In this document: positions 35,987-46,192 of the stretch, in pieces
How positions within the stretch are numbered: the first letter of the stretch is position 1
Layout: each line of letters opens with the position of its first letter
NCBI GenBank assembly: GCA_963749495.1
Contig: CAVVMW010000004.1
Span: 864,183 to 928,182, forward strand
Direction: 5' to 3'
Origin: an uncultured bacterium
GTDB taxonomy: Bacteria; Verrucomicrobiota; Verrucomicrobiia; Limisphaerales; UBA8199
Length of the DNA: 64,000 nucleotides
Notes under the pieces: generated by a model
Told to the model about the DNA's origin: nothing
Seen by the model: only the letters and a program-made list of their open reading frames with translations
Databases searched by the model: none
Made by a program: the position numbers and the translations under genes

Positions 35987-37978
35987 TCACATCATATAAG
36001 GGTTGCTGATGACGGAGGCGGGGGTGTGGCCGTAGTAGCGGTAGAACTTCATCGCGTGGGCCGCCGCCGCGGAATAGGGAGAGAATGCGGCGGGCAAATC
36101 CGAGTAGGGACCGGCGGCCGAGTCGGCGGATTGGAGGATGACATCCGGGCAGAGCCAGCGCAAGGTCGCACCGTTGACCGGCGGCGCATCGAAATTGAGG
36201 CGCAGCAGCAAGGCGCTGGGTTGGCCCAAGGCATCGCTCTGGTAGGCGGCGGCGATGTCGGCACCGGACAGGACCTGGCTATAGAAGCGGACATCGTCCA
36301 GCAGGCCCTCGTAGGGCTGCGAGGGTTGGGCTTTGCCGGCGGAACTGCCCAATTCGATCGGTTGGCGGCTCTCCCAGGCCCAGGGCGTCGCCATGGCCGA
36401 GAGATCGGTGGTCCCGGCGCTAACCCCGTCGATGTAAAGGCCGATCTTGGCCATGGCCTGGTCGAAAGTCGCGGCGATGTGATGCCACTTATTATCCGAG
36501 ACGTTCATGCCGGCAATGGCGAAGCCGGCCCCTGCGGCTGGCTCGAATTGGAGAGTGCCATCCTGATTTTGGATGATGACCAGGCCGTCGGAGGCGCTGC
36601 GCCCGAACAAAAGGGCCGGGGTATTGGTCGTGGTATCGGCCACGCCCGCCGAGCGCATCCAGAACATGATGGTGCCGGTGGGGGTGTCGAAGTTGGTCTG
36701 CCCTGCGACAACGATCTGGCTCGAATTGGTCGCGGTGAACCTCATCACGCCGCTCCGGGCCACGCCGACGCTGTCGGTGCTCGACGCTACCCAGGCCGCG
36801 CCCTGCTCCGTGCCGTCGTGGGACGTCGCGTTGGGGTTGGAATCGACGATAAAATTAGTGCCGGGGACCGCGCTGATCACGTCCACCGCCAGGGTCGCCA
36901 CGGCACTGGTCGCCAGTCCAAAGCGGTTGGTCACCACCAGGTCGTAGTGGCCGGCAATGGAGAGCGCCGTACGGTCGAACGCAAGAGACGAGTTAGTCGC
37001 GCCGGGCAGCGGTTGGGCCTCTTTGCGCCACTGGTAGGCCAGCGGCGGCACGCCCGCCGCGGCGGCGCTCAGGACGATGTTGGTATCGCCGGGAAAGGCC
37101 AGAACGGAGTTGGGGGACATCGAGACGACCGGCTTGTCCGTGATGATGAAGCCGCAGATCGTGCTGGCCCAATTGTAACCCGTAATCTTGTCACCGGCGT
37201 GGGCGGCCTGATTGCCGAGGATCTTGAGGTGATCGGCACTCAGAGGACCGCTGACGGTGCTGAGGCCGCCGCCAATCCCGCGCACCCAGCTCGTATCCCC
37301 CACATCCTTCACCGGCGGCGTGCTCGGGTACACGACCGACTGGGTCGTGTTGCCCGTCGCATCAATGATGAAGGCGTTGGTCAAATACTGCATCGAGTCG
37401 GCCGAGGCGATCAGTTGAACCACGTAGGCGCCGTTAGTGAAGACGCTGCCCAGCCCGGTCAGGTCGATCGCATAGCCCGGTTGGTTGTTGTCTCCCCCGG
37501 AGGAGCCGGGGCCAAAATTGACGCCGTCGCGCAGAAAACCCCAATAGACCTGCTCGTTGCCCGGTTTGTACCCGTTGCCGCCGAAGGTGTAATGGGGGCC
37601 GGAACGGGAATAGCCCCCGAACCCGCTCACGTTGGCGGTGTAGGCCGACCACGCCACGGCTAGAGCGCCGCTGGGCAGCGGGTTCAGACCGCCGGTCGAG
37701 GACTGCGCGTCGATCAACTCGTTCAGAGTGAAATAATCGGCAGTACACCCATAGCCGGTGTCCATCTGCGAGAGGTTCTCCCAACCTTCGGGAGGGATGC
37801 CGAAGGCGGGCGCAGTCACCACCGCGCCCGCATAGGAGGCCGCCGAACAGTAATTGCACTGGAAGTTGAAACCGACCGTTGCTGCTTGCGAAACGCCGAG
37901 CATCAGCGCGGCTGCGGAGATCGTGCAGGCCGCCTTGCGCGCGCGTTGCTCAGAAGCAATTGAGTGAAGCTTTTTCAT
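35987..37978 (-). CDS. Secreted Ig + LamG-like jellyroll protein
   Basis: PPLAYQWRK...GATNSSL (Ig); WHHIAATFD...LYIDG...LDDVRFY (LamG); C-terminal LQ...FYR domain. Confidence 0.88.
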   Translation of the reverse strand: MKKLHSIASEQRARKAACTISAAALMLGVSQAATVGFNFQCNYCSAASYAGAVVTAPAFGIPPEGWENLSQMDTGYGCTADYFTLNELIDAQSSTGGLNPLPSGALAVAWSAYTANVSGFGGYSRSGPHYTFGGNGYKPGNEQVYWGFLRDGVNFGPGSSGGDNNQPGYAIDLTGLGSVFTNGAYVVQLIASADSMQYLTNAFIIDATGNTTQSVVYPSTPPVKDVGDTSWVRGIGGGLSTVSGPLSADHLKILGNQAAHAGDKITGYNWASTICGFIITDKPVVSMSPNSVLAFPGDTNIVLSAAAAGVPPLAYQWRKEAQPLPGATNSSLAFDRTALSIAGHYDLVVTNRFGLATSAVATLAVDVISAVPGTNFIVDSNPNATSHDGTEQGAAWVASSTDSVGVARSGVMRFTATNSSQIVVAGQTNFDTPTGTIMFWMRSAGVADTTTNTPALLFGRSASDGLVIIQNQDGTLQFEPAAGAGFAIAGMNVSDNKWHHIAATFDQAMAKIGLYIDGVSAGTTDLSAMATPWAWESRQPIELGSSAGKAQPSQPYEGLLDDVRFYSQVLSGADIAAAYQSDALGQPSALLLRLNFDAPPVNGATLRWLCPDVILQSADSAAGPYSDLPAAFSPYSAAAAHAMKFYRYYGHTPASVISNPYMM

Positions 37979-38183
37979 GGCTTGGATTTGAATATGGCTA
38001 AGTGACTCCAGGACCGTCCCCAAAGGCCCGCGGCCGAAACCTTCGGCGAACGCGCTCCCTGAGAACCCCTGTTGTTTACACCCCCGGACCCTCATCCGTC
38101 AAGCTCTTTACTCCGGGCGCCTTTATCGCCTTGAGGGCCACTGAGAACGTCGCTCGGCGCGCCTGTGCGCCAAGGGCGCCAGC

Positions 38184-38318
38184 GTAGCGCAGGTTTCCAA
38201 ACCTGCTGTATCGCGGGTTTCCAAACCCGCAGGCCGTCCGTAAACCGGGGGCGCTCGACATGCCGGCGCCCTGCCGATTGGAAATCGGCGATACAGCAGG
38301 TTTGGAAACCTGCGCTGC
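38184..38318. repeat. REP family B copy
   Basis: GTAGCGCAGGTTTCCAAACCTGC...GCAGGTTTGGAAACCTGCGC; similar to 19300-19416. Confidence 0.88.
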
Positions 38319-38391
38319 CACTTTGTCAACGGCCCTCTTATCGCCTTCCCGCCGGAACCGATTTGGAATACCCTTTGCCCCCGCACGACGC

Positions 38392-39899
38392 ATGACAGCC
38401 GGCCAACTGCAGCAACGGCACCAGCAGGCGCGCCAGTGCCTGCTGGCCCAGGACTTCGCCAGGGCCTTCGCGCTCTACGAGCAATTGGTCCGGCACTGCC
38501 CGCGCTCGGCCGTGATGTGGTTCGAATTCGGCAATGCCGCTTCGAAGCTCCAGCGGCAGGAACTGGCGGAGAGCGCCTGGCGGCGAACGATGGACCTGGA
38601 CCCCGCCAATTCCGAATTGATTGCTCTGATTGGCCACCAGTACCAGGCCCGGCGCCGGCCGGAGCAAGCGCGGGCCTGCTTTGCCCGCGCGGCGGCAGCC
38701 GGGCCCCGCGCCATCAACCCCCGCATCAGCCTGGCAGTGCTGCTGGAGCAGAATCATCGGCTGGCCGAGGCCCGCGCCGCGGTCCAGGAGTGCCTGGCGA
38801 TTGATCCGAAGGACGACCAGGCGCGCTATTTCAGCGCCGTTCTGGACCGCCGCCAGGACCGGCTCGAAGAGGCCGAGCGCGGCCTGCGCGACCTCATCGC
38901 CTCCGAGCCAAGGCATCCGTATGTCCGCTATGCCTGCCGCTACGAACTGGCCCAGGTGCTGGACCGCACGGGGCGCTTCGATGAAGCCGTGCAACTGCTG
39001 GGGCAGGCCAAAGACATTGTGCGGGCGCTCACGGATACCGGGGCGCTCCTCCGGGCCTACGACCAGGGCGCACAACGCGCGCGCCAATTCACCAGGAGCC
39101 TGCCCAAGGACACTCTGCGCACCTGGGCCGGCCTCTTTCCCGCGTCCAAGCGCCAACCGATGCCGCCGCTGGCCTTTCTGGGCGGACACCCGCGCAGCGG
39201 CACAACCCTGCTCGAACAGGTGCTCGATGCGCACCCGGCAGTGGCCGCACTGGACGAGCCGCCCGCCTTTATCGAGCGGCTCGAACCGGCCTTTCACAAG
39301 TCCGCTGACCTCTCCATCCAGCGGCTCAACGTGCTGCGGCGGCTCTATCTCCAGGCCCTGACGCAGGAGTTGGGCCCTCCGCCCAAGGCAAGCTGCTGGT
39401 GGACAAGAACCCCTCTCCCACCGCCCGGCTGCCGATCTGGCTGCGGGTCTTTCCGGAACTGCGCGTGCTCATCGCCTTGCGCGACCCACGCGACGTCGTC
39501 CTCAGTTGCTATTTCCAGAACATCCCCCTCAATCCCGTCAATGTGAACTTCCTGAGCCTGGAACGCGTCTGCCGGCATTACGCCGACTTGATGGACATCT
39601 GGCTGGCGGCGCGCGAATGGGAAGGGTTCGCCTGGCTGGAGACACGCTACGAGGTCCTTGTGGCGAACCTCGAGGCCGAAGGACGGCGCGTGACCGAGTT
39701 TCTTGGGCTGAACTGGCACGAGGCACAGGCCCGCTTCCACGAGAAAAGCCTGCACAAGCAACTCTATTCACCCACTTACCAGGATGTCACTCGCCCGGTT
39801 TATGCCCGGTCCGTTGCCCGGTGGCGGCTTTACGAAAAGCACCTCGCCCCGGTCCTGCCGGCGCTGGAGCCCTACTTGCGCCGCTTCGGGTATGAATGA
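38392..39899 (+). CDS. TPR-containing sulfotransferase (apparent frameshift ~39390)
   Basis: TPRs; GHPRSGTTLLEQVL; VDKNP...LRDPRDVVLSC...TRYEVLV in the next frame. Confidence 0.9.
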
Positions 39900-39906
39900 G
39901 GGCCCT

Positions 39907-40575
39907 TTACTCCGGCTTGGGGGCCTTGGCCGGCTTCTCGGCCTTGGGGGCGCGGTCATGGTCGGGCCGGGCCGGCTTCTGGTCCTTGGGGGCTTTGGGT
40001 TTTGCCTCGCCGGGCCCGGTCTTTTGGGCCGCAGCCTCGGGGCGCCTGCCGCGCTTTTCGGTCTTGGGCTCCTCCTTTTTGGGCTCGGCGGCGGGGGCGA
40101 CAACGGGTTCGGGCAGCGGCGTGCTGCTCTCGACACGGACCTTGAGGGTTGCGTTGACGTCCTGGTGCAGGCGCAGTTCCACGTCGTGCTCGCCCAGGGC
40201 ACGAATGGGGTGTTCCAGATGGATCTTGCGCTTGTCGAGGGTGACGTCGAACTGGGTCTTGAGCTGGTCGGCAATCATGCCCGAGGTGACAGTGCCGAAC
40301 ATCTTGCCGTCCTCGCCGGTCTTGACGGTGAGCACGCAAGTGAGTTTGGAAAGGCTCTTGGCCAGTTCGGTCATGGTGTTCAGCTCGTGCGCCTCCCGCT
40401 CGGCGCGGCGCTGCCTCAGGACCTCGATCCGGCGCTTATTGGCCCCCGTGAGCGGAACGGCCAGTCCCTGCGGAAACAGAAAATTGCGGGCATAGCCGGC
40501 GGCGACCCTTACCTGGTCGGACTCGGCGCCCAGGCCAACGATATTGTGCGTCAGAATGACTTCGGTTTTTGCCAT
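39907..40575 (-). CDS. rplI: 50S ribosomal protein L9 with C-terminal extension
   Basis: VAAGYARNFLFPQG, GKMFGTVT and IRALGEH motifs. Confidence 0.96.
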   Translation of the reverse strand: MAKTEVILTHNIVGLGAESDQVRVAAGYARNFLFPQGLAVPLTGANKRRIEVLRQRRAEREAHELNTMTELAKSLSKLTCVLTVKTGEDGKMFGTVTSGMIADQLKTQFDVTLDKRKIHLEHPIRALGEHDVELRLHQDVNATLKVRVESSTPLPEPVVAPAAEPKKEEPKTEKRGRRPEAAAQKTGPGEAKPKAPKDQKPARPDHDRAPKAEKPAKAPKPE

Positions 40576-40685
40576 AGGTGCGATAAAAATCCGTTCTTCA
40601 GTGTAACAGAGCGGACAAGCTAAACGCAAACACGCACCATGACAACAGCGAAGATTGGGCAAAGCCCGGCCATTCAGCTCCAGCG

Positions 40686-41289
40686 TCACTCATTGATGCC
40701 CCAGTCACGCAACTGATGCCCGTCAGCCCGATGCTGAACCTGGTCCACCACGATCGCCCTCGTTTCTGTGCGGCCCTGGGTGTTTTCGGCAGCCAGCTTC
40801 AACTCCGCTTGCGCCTCCCCCAAGTGCAGAAACACGTCCACACCGGCGAGCCGGGCCGCAGCGCCCAGCGCCTCCATAATCTGGGTCGCGCTCGATGTGT
40901 CTTTGGCGGCGCCGTCGAGTGACACCACCAACGCGCACGGCTCGCCGCTTCTGCGTCCAAACCACTCCGCGAACCACAAGTTGACGCTGTTCTGGCAGTT
41001 CACTCTGGCCGTGCATCGAGACAAACACAATGTCCGCCTCTGCCGCTTCCTCCGCGGCCTGTTGGCGCAGTGCCGGCTCGCGCAAAAGATCGAACCGCCA
41101 CAGATTCACTTGCACATCCGCATCCGCCTCGAGCCGCTGCACCGTCTGGTCGAGCGTCTGCCTGGCCCTGAGGCCCGTCGCGAAATCCTCATAAACCGCC
41201 AGCACATCCAACCGCAACGGCTCCTTGCCAGCCGCACTTCCGGCATCTGCGCTTGTGCCGACACAGTTCATGATTCCATTCATCCCCAT
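40686..41289 (-). CDS. Conserved hypothetical protein ending WGINE (apparent frameshift ~40990)
   Basis: VYEDFATGLRA...LWRFDLL...AAEADIV joined to NLWFAEW...CALVVSL...DWGINE. Confidence 0.7.
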
Positions 41290-41465
41290 TCACCCTCCAG
41301 TCAAAGAAGTCAAGGCCGACTTGTTCACCCCAGTTCACTGCTTATTCACCAACGACGGTTTATTCCTCCAAATGAGTTGAGCACCGCCTGTATCTGCGTC
41401 AAGCCGAGCTCCCGTGAAAACTTCGCCGCCATCTCGTTGTCGGAGGCCTTGACCATCCAGTTGGA

Positions 41466-41577
41466 GCGCGGCGTCGGGAAGCCCGCAAGGTTTTGGAGTG
41501 CGCCAGTCCTCTGGCGCTTTCGCGTCCCCAGGGTCCGAATAGCGGCAGGGGACTGCCGCAGTCCAAAACGCTTCGCG
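41466..41577. repeat. REP family C (TTTTGGAGTGCG...GCAGTCCAAAACGCTTCGCG)
   Basis: Near-identical copy at 49075-49186. Confidence 0.88.
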
Positions 41578-41688
41578 ACTTCGGACGCGCACTTCAATCG
41601 CCCGGCCCAGCGGGACCCGCAGTTCTCTCTCCTGTGGCACTTCTTGCGAGATGCACCCCCACTCGGCACTCGGCACTCGCCACCCGCC

Positions 41689-42309
41689 CTACTGCGTGGC
41701 GGGCGGGATCAGGACGATGAAGTCGCACCGGCGATTGAGCCGCCAGGCCGATTCGTCATGGCCTGGGTTAATGGGCTTGTCTTTGCCATTGCTGACGGTC
41801 TCGATGTGCCCGGCGTCGATGCCCAGTTCGACGAGGACCTCGCGCGAGGCCAGGGCGCGGCGCTCGCCCAGGGAACGATTGTATTCCTCGGTGCCGCGCT
41901 CGTCGCAGTTGCCTTCAATGCGCAGGGCGTAGCCCGCGTGGGCCTTGAGCCACTCGGCCACGCCGTTGAATTTGGGCCTCTCGCCGGACTTGATGGCGGC
42001 GCTGTCGAAATCGAAATACACCGCGTAGGCCTTCAGGGCCTCGGCATCCCTTGTGTATTTGGAAAACTCTCCGGGATTGGGTATCGGGATGCCCTCGCCC
42101 GAGGGTTTGGCTTTGGTGGTCTCTTCCGACCCGATCGGCGGGCCGGGCTTGAGGTCGGCCGGATTGGCCCCCGTTTCAGGCCCTTCCAGCGCGCCGGGTC
42201 TGCGTCCCCGCATGTCAATGGTGTTGACCGGGGTCTTCTTGCAGGCGGTGGCGGCGACGGTGAGAGTTAAGGCGAGCACCAGCAGTTTACTGAATTGGTT
42301 CGGCTTCAT
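41689..42309 (-). CDS. pal: Peptidoglycan-associated lipoprotein Pal
   Basis: Lipobox ATAC; VYFDFD, IEGNCDERGTEEYNRSLGERRA and NRR motifs. Confidence 0.95.
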   Translation of the reverse strand: MKPNQFSKLLVLALTLTVAATACKKTPVNTIDMRGRRPGALEGPETGANPADLKPGPPIGSEETTKAKPSGEGIPIPNPGEFSKYTRDAEALKAYAVYFDFDSAAIKSGERPKFNGVAEWLKAHAGYALRIEGNCDERGTEEYNRSLGERRALASREVLVELGIDAGHIETVSNGKDKPINPGHDESAWRLNRRCDFIVLIPPATQ

Positions 42310-42335
42310 TGTTGGTCTTTCATGCGCGGGCTACT

Positions 42336-43751
42336 TTACTTGGCCCAACTGGGTTGTGACTGCGAGCTAATTCCCGAAATTCCGGGAACATCCTTGACTT
42401 GTTTTGTCATCACGTCAAGCAGAGAGAGTCTGTAGCTGCCCTTGCCGCCGGAGCGGCGGGCGCAGACCAGGGTGCGGGAATTGGGCGCCCAGGAGGGGTC
42501 TTCACCCTCGCCAATGTCCTCGGCGTCCCCGCCCCCGGCCGGAATCACGCGTATCCGGAAGTTGCCCCCATTCTGTGACGTGAAAGCGATGTACTTGCCG
42601 TCGGGCGACCAATCGGGCTCGGTCGGGCTGGAGGCCAGGCGGGTCACCAGGCGCCGGGGCGCGCCGCCCGAGGCGGAAATGACGGAGAGCGAGCGCCGCT
42701 CGGCCTCCTTCGAGGCATAGCAAATCCATTGGCCGTCGGGCGACCAGCACGGGCTGGACTCGTCCTGGGGCGACTTGGTGAGCCGGCGCAGGCCCGAACC
42801 GTCCGCGTTGCACACATAGAGGTCTGTCCAGCCGTCTTTGCTGAGGATCATCGCCACCCGGCTGCCGTCGGGCGAGGCGGCCGGGCTCATGTTCGAGCCG
42901 CCGAACCGGGCAAAGATGCGGCGCGACCCGGTCGTCAAATCGCTGTAGTAAATGTCCGGGTGGTTGTTGAGCGCGTAGGAGGTGTAATAGGCGGCGAGCC
43001 GGTGGGGGACCCAGCAGGGGGCGGCGACAATCGAGTTGTCGCGGGTGATCGGCTGGGCGTTGTGCCCGTCGAAGTCCGACACATAGACCTCGCTCCTGCC
43101 CCCGGCCTCGCCTTTGAACAGCATCCGAGTCCGGGCGATGCCCTTGGCGTGGTTGGGAACGGCATCGACGAAGTCATCGGCGAAGTGGTGGACCTGGCGG
43201 CGGAACGGGCCGGAATAGATCTGGGTGGGGACCAGGGGGGCCTTGTTGATGCGCTGGATGACGCCGGCCTCAAGGTTGCCGTCATTTCTGCCGATGACCT
43301 GGTATTGCGCCGCCTCGGCATTGGTGAAGTCGAAGCCCTGGACATAGAGATCGAATCGCAGGACCTGGGCGGCCTCGCCGGTCAGGCCGCTGATCGAGAC
43401 CAGTATCGGCCGCTCCTGGCCGGGACCTACCTGCTTATAGATTTCTATGGCGACAGCGTCAGCCGTGCCGGCTTGGGCCGAACGGCGCAACCCAGGCAGG
43501 CCCAGGGCAATGAGCGCACAGGCCAGCAGCGCCGGCAGGGCGCGGAAATAGCCGATAGCCGATAGCCGATAACCGATCGGCAGGCAGCGAGAATGGGCGA
43601 CAGCCGATAGCCGATAGCCGATCGGCAGGCAGCGAGAATGGCCGATAGCCGATAGCCGATAGCCGATCGGCAGGCAGCGAGAATGGGCGACAGCCGATAG
43701 CCGATAGCCGATCGGCAGGCAGCGAGCGTGAGGAGATATGGTCATTTTCAT
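42336..43751 (-). CDS. tolB: TolB-like PD40 beta-propeller protein
   Basis: SPDG repeats; located between tolA-like and pal. Confidence 0.9.
   Translation of the reverse strand: MKMTISPHARCLPIGYRLSAVAHSRCLPIGYRLSAIGHSRCLPIGYRLSAVAHSRCLPIGYRLSAIGYFRALPALLACALIALGLPGLRRSAQAGTADAVAIEIYKQVGPGQERPILVSISGLTGEAAQVLRFDLYVQGFDFTNAEAAQYQVIGRNDGNLEAGVIQRINKAPLVPTQIYSGPFRRQVHHFADDFVDAVPNHAKGIARTRMLFKGEAGGRSEVYVSDFDGHNAQPITRDNSIVAAPCWVPHRLAAYYTSYALNNHPDIYYSDLTTGSRRIFARFGGSNMSPAASPDGSRVAMILSKDGWTDLYVCNADGSGLRRLTKSPQDESSPCWSPDGQWICYASKEAERRSLSVISASGGAPRRLVTRLASSPTEPDWSPDGKYIAFTSQNGGNFRIRVIPAGGGDAEDIGEGEDPSWAPNSRTLVCARRSGGKGSYRLSLLDVMTKQVKDVPGISGISSQSQPSWAK
43548..43726. repeat. 4 x 45-bp tandem repeat built on GATAGCC heptamers within the tolB 5' end
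   Basis: Translated as RCLPIGYRLSA(V/I)(A/G)HS x4, the last unit ending YF. Confidence 0.92.
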
Positions 43752-43788
43752 CCGGGTGTCTGCTTTGACATTGTCCCAATCATTTGCC

Positions 43789-44613
43789 TTAAGGTTTGGC
43801 GTTAAAATAGATGGTGACCTTATAGGGTTCTTCCGTGCCTTCCGGGAGCGGCACCAGGGTCCGGACGCGGTCCAGGGTCAACTGGACGGACTGATCCACC
43901 ACCAAATTGCCGGAGCGGCGCTTGATGTCTGCTGAAACCACCGTGCCATCCCGGGCAACCTTGATCTCGGCCACGGTTGTCGTGTTCACGTCCGTGGCCC
44001 CGTTCGGCACAATCCACTCCCGTTCGTAGATGCTATAGACAGCCGAGTTGAAGTTGGCATAGGGCAGGCCGCCGCCGCCGGGGCCTTTGAGTTCCAGCGA
44101 GATGGGGCCGGAGCGGTCGCCTGCGAAATGGCCGGCCACGCTGCTGAATGCATGGAGCAACTGTTTGCGCGCATCCGCCGCTGCCCGGGCCTGTTCCCTG
44201 GCCGACGCGCTGGTGTCCTCCTCGGTCACCCTGGGCTTCTTCTGCTTCGGTCGGGGCAGTTCCACGATCTTCTTGGGATCGATCAGCGGCTTCTTGGGCG
44301 CGGGACGAGGAGAAGGCGTGTAGGACTCTTCCTCAGGAGGGGCCTGGCTCTGCCGGGCGACATCCCGGTTCGGTTCCGGCGGTTTGGGGGCCGCGAGCGC
44401 GGGTGGGGGAGGCGGCGGCGGGGACCCGCCGTTTGGGTTGCCCCCACCCTGCATGTTCTCGAACGTGGTGACAACCGGTGTGAAATCAATGGTCTGCACC
44501 TCCACCGGCGCCGGGGCCTGCGAATGAAAGGCGGCGACCAAAATGACCGATGACAAGAGCCCGGCGTGCATGGTCGTCGAGACGACAAGGCATCTCTTTT
44601 GCGTGCGGTTCAT
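43789..44613 (-). CDS. tolA: TolA/TonB C-terminal domain protein
   Basis: SxxxH TM motif (STTMH), Pro-rich linker, RDGTV...RRSGNLVVDQSV. Confidence 0.85.
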   Translation of the reverse strand: MNRTQKRCLVVSTTMHAGLLSSVILVAAFHSQAPAPVEVQTIDFTPVVTTFENMQGGGNPNGGSPPPPPPPALAAPKPPEPNRDVARQSQAPPEEESYTPSPRPAPKKPLIDPKKIVELPRPKQKKPRVTEEDTSASAREQARAAADARKQLLHAFSSVAGHFAGDRSGPISLELKGPGGGGLPYANFNSAVYSIYEREWIVPNGATDVNTTTVAEIKVARDGTVVSADIKRRSGNLVVDQSVQLTLDRVRTLVPLPEGTEEPYKVTIYFNAKP

Positions 44614-45029
44614 TGGCGTCTAAGGGGCACGGTCTTGAGATCGATCCGGGTGATCTTGTTGCGCAGGCAGCGTTCGACCACGGCGTACAAGTCCTTGACC
44701 CGGCCGTTCTCGTCGGCGCGGATGGCCACGATCAGGTTGGGGTTGGCCCGGGAATCCGCGATCAGGTATTGCTCGATGGCGTTCAACTGCATCGGGCTTT
44801 TGTTGAACCGGTATTCGCCCCTGGTGCCGACCTCGATGGTGCGGATGTCGCGCGGGTCCACGCGGGGGCTGGGGCGCCCGCCTTCGGGCAGCTTCAAGGG
44901 CATGCTCTGCTCGAGCAGGGGCGTGGTGATGACGAAGATGATGAGCAACACAAACGCCAGGTCCAGCAGCGGCGTGATGTTGATCTCGCTCAGGGTGACC
45001 AGGGCACTGCGTTGTGAGAAGCGGCGCAT
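44610..45029 (-). CDS. tolR: TolR/ExbD
   Basis: EINITPLLDLAFVLLIIFVITTP and IRAD motifs. Confidence 0.9.
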   Translation of the reverse strand: MRRFSQRSALVTLSEINITPLLDLAFVLLIIFVITTPLLEQSMPLKLPEGGRPSPRVDPRDIRTIEVGTRGEYRFNKSPMQLNAIEQYLIADSRANPNLIVAIRADENGRVKDLYAVVERCLRNKITRIDLKTVPLRRQ

Positions 45030-45042
45030 TGTCGTGACAGAC

Positions 45043-45756
45043 TCAATCCTCAAGGTACTCCGTCTCGACCTTCGAGGCGAGTTCCTGGGCGAAGTTGTCC
45101 AGTTCGACGGTCAGGACGCGGAGGTTGTGGACCAGCCAGTTGTAGCCGAACATCGAGGGGATGGCCACCAGCAGGCCGGCGACGGTGGTGATGAGGGCGG
45201 CGGAGACGCCTGGGGCCATGGCGGCCATCGAAGCGCTGCCCTGGATGGCGATCTGGCCGAAGGTGCTCATGACGCCCCAGACCGTGCCGAGCAGGCCCAG
45301 AAAGGGCGAACCGCTCACGGCTATGGCCAGCAGGATCAGGCCCGATTCCAGCTTGAGCGATTCCTGGGCGACGCTGGTCTCGAGCGAGCGTTTGACGTGC
45401 TCCATGCCCTTGAGCGAGATGTAGCGCTTGCGCCCGGCTCCCTCCTCCCCCTTGAGCCGGCCATCCAACTCGCTGCTCCCGGACTGGTACACCATGAAAA
45501 GCGGGCACCCCTCGACCCGTATCCGGCGGTCAAAGATCTCCAGGACGCTCTTCTGGGTGCGGAATTCGGTGTTGAAACACTGGTTGAGCTTCTTGGCGCG
45601 GCGCATCTCCAGCGCCTTGCCGATCATGACCGACCAGGCGATGATCGAGAAGAAAACAAGGCAAACGATGATCGCCTTGGCCTCAATCGTGGCCTGGTGC
45701 CACACGTAAACCAATTCCGACTGGTTCGCCGCCGCCAAAAAAAGTGGTACGTTCAT
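45043..45756 (-). CDS. tolQ: TolQ/ExbB
   Basis: SPFLGLLGTVWGVM and APGVSAALITTVAGLLVAIP motifs. Confidence 0.92.
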   Translation of the reverse strand: MNVPLFLAAANQSELVYVWHQATIEAKAIIVCLVFFSIIAWSVMIGKALEMRRAKKLNQCFNTEFRTQKSVLEIFDRRIRVEGCPLFMVYQSGSSELDGRLKGEEGAGRKRYISLKGMEHVKRSLETSVAQESLKLESGLILLAIAVSGSPFLGLLGTVWGVMSTFGQIAIQGSASMAAMAPGVSAALITTVAGLLVAIPSMFGYNWLVHNLRVLTVELDNFAQELASKVETEYLED

Positions 45757-45993
45757 TCCGACACGATCTCTCCGTAAGTCCGCAGACTTGGCCGTGAGGA
45801 ATAGAAGCGCCCAAGCGGAACACGTTCAAAAAATAACCGACTCGAACCGGACAAATAATTCGATACCTTTTCTACCAGTGTCTTCAAAAAAAGCAACACA
45901 CAAAATCATCGAGATTCTATGACCTTTCCGCCCCGTGTCCAGAACCGTTTTGAGGCCCAGCCCGGCGGCCGGGCGGGGGCGTATCTGGGCTCA

Positions 45994-46184
45994 CCGCGTA
46001 GCGGTGGCCGAAGGTAGCCGTGGACTTCCAGTCCACGGACCCATGGGCCGAGCTCGACCGCGTCGCGTAGCGACGGCTGAAAACCGCGAAGCCGTCAGGC
46101 GTCGCTACGCGACGCGCAACCATTCCCAGGCCCTCAACCGTGGACCGAGGTCCACGGCTACCGTCACTGCGTCGCTCCGCGACG
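45994..46184. repeat. REP-like multi-hairpin element (CGTCGCGTAGCGACG family)
   Basis: GGTAGCCGTGGAC...GTCCACGGCTACC arms with internal hairpins. Confidence 0.88.
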
Positions 46185-46192
46185 CACGCCCC

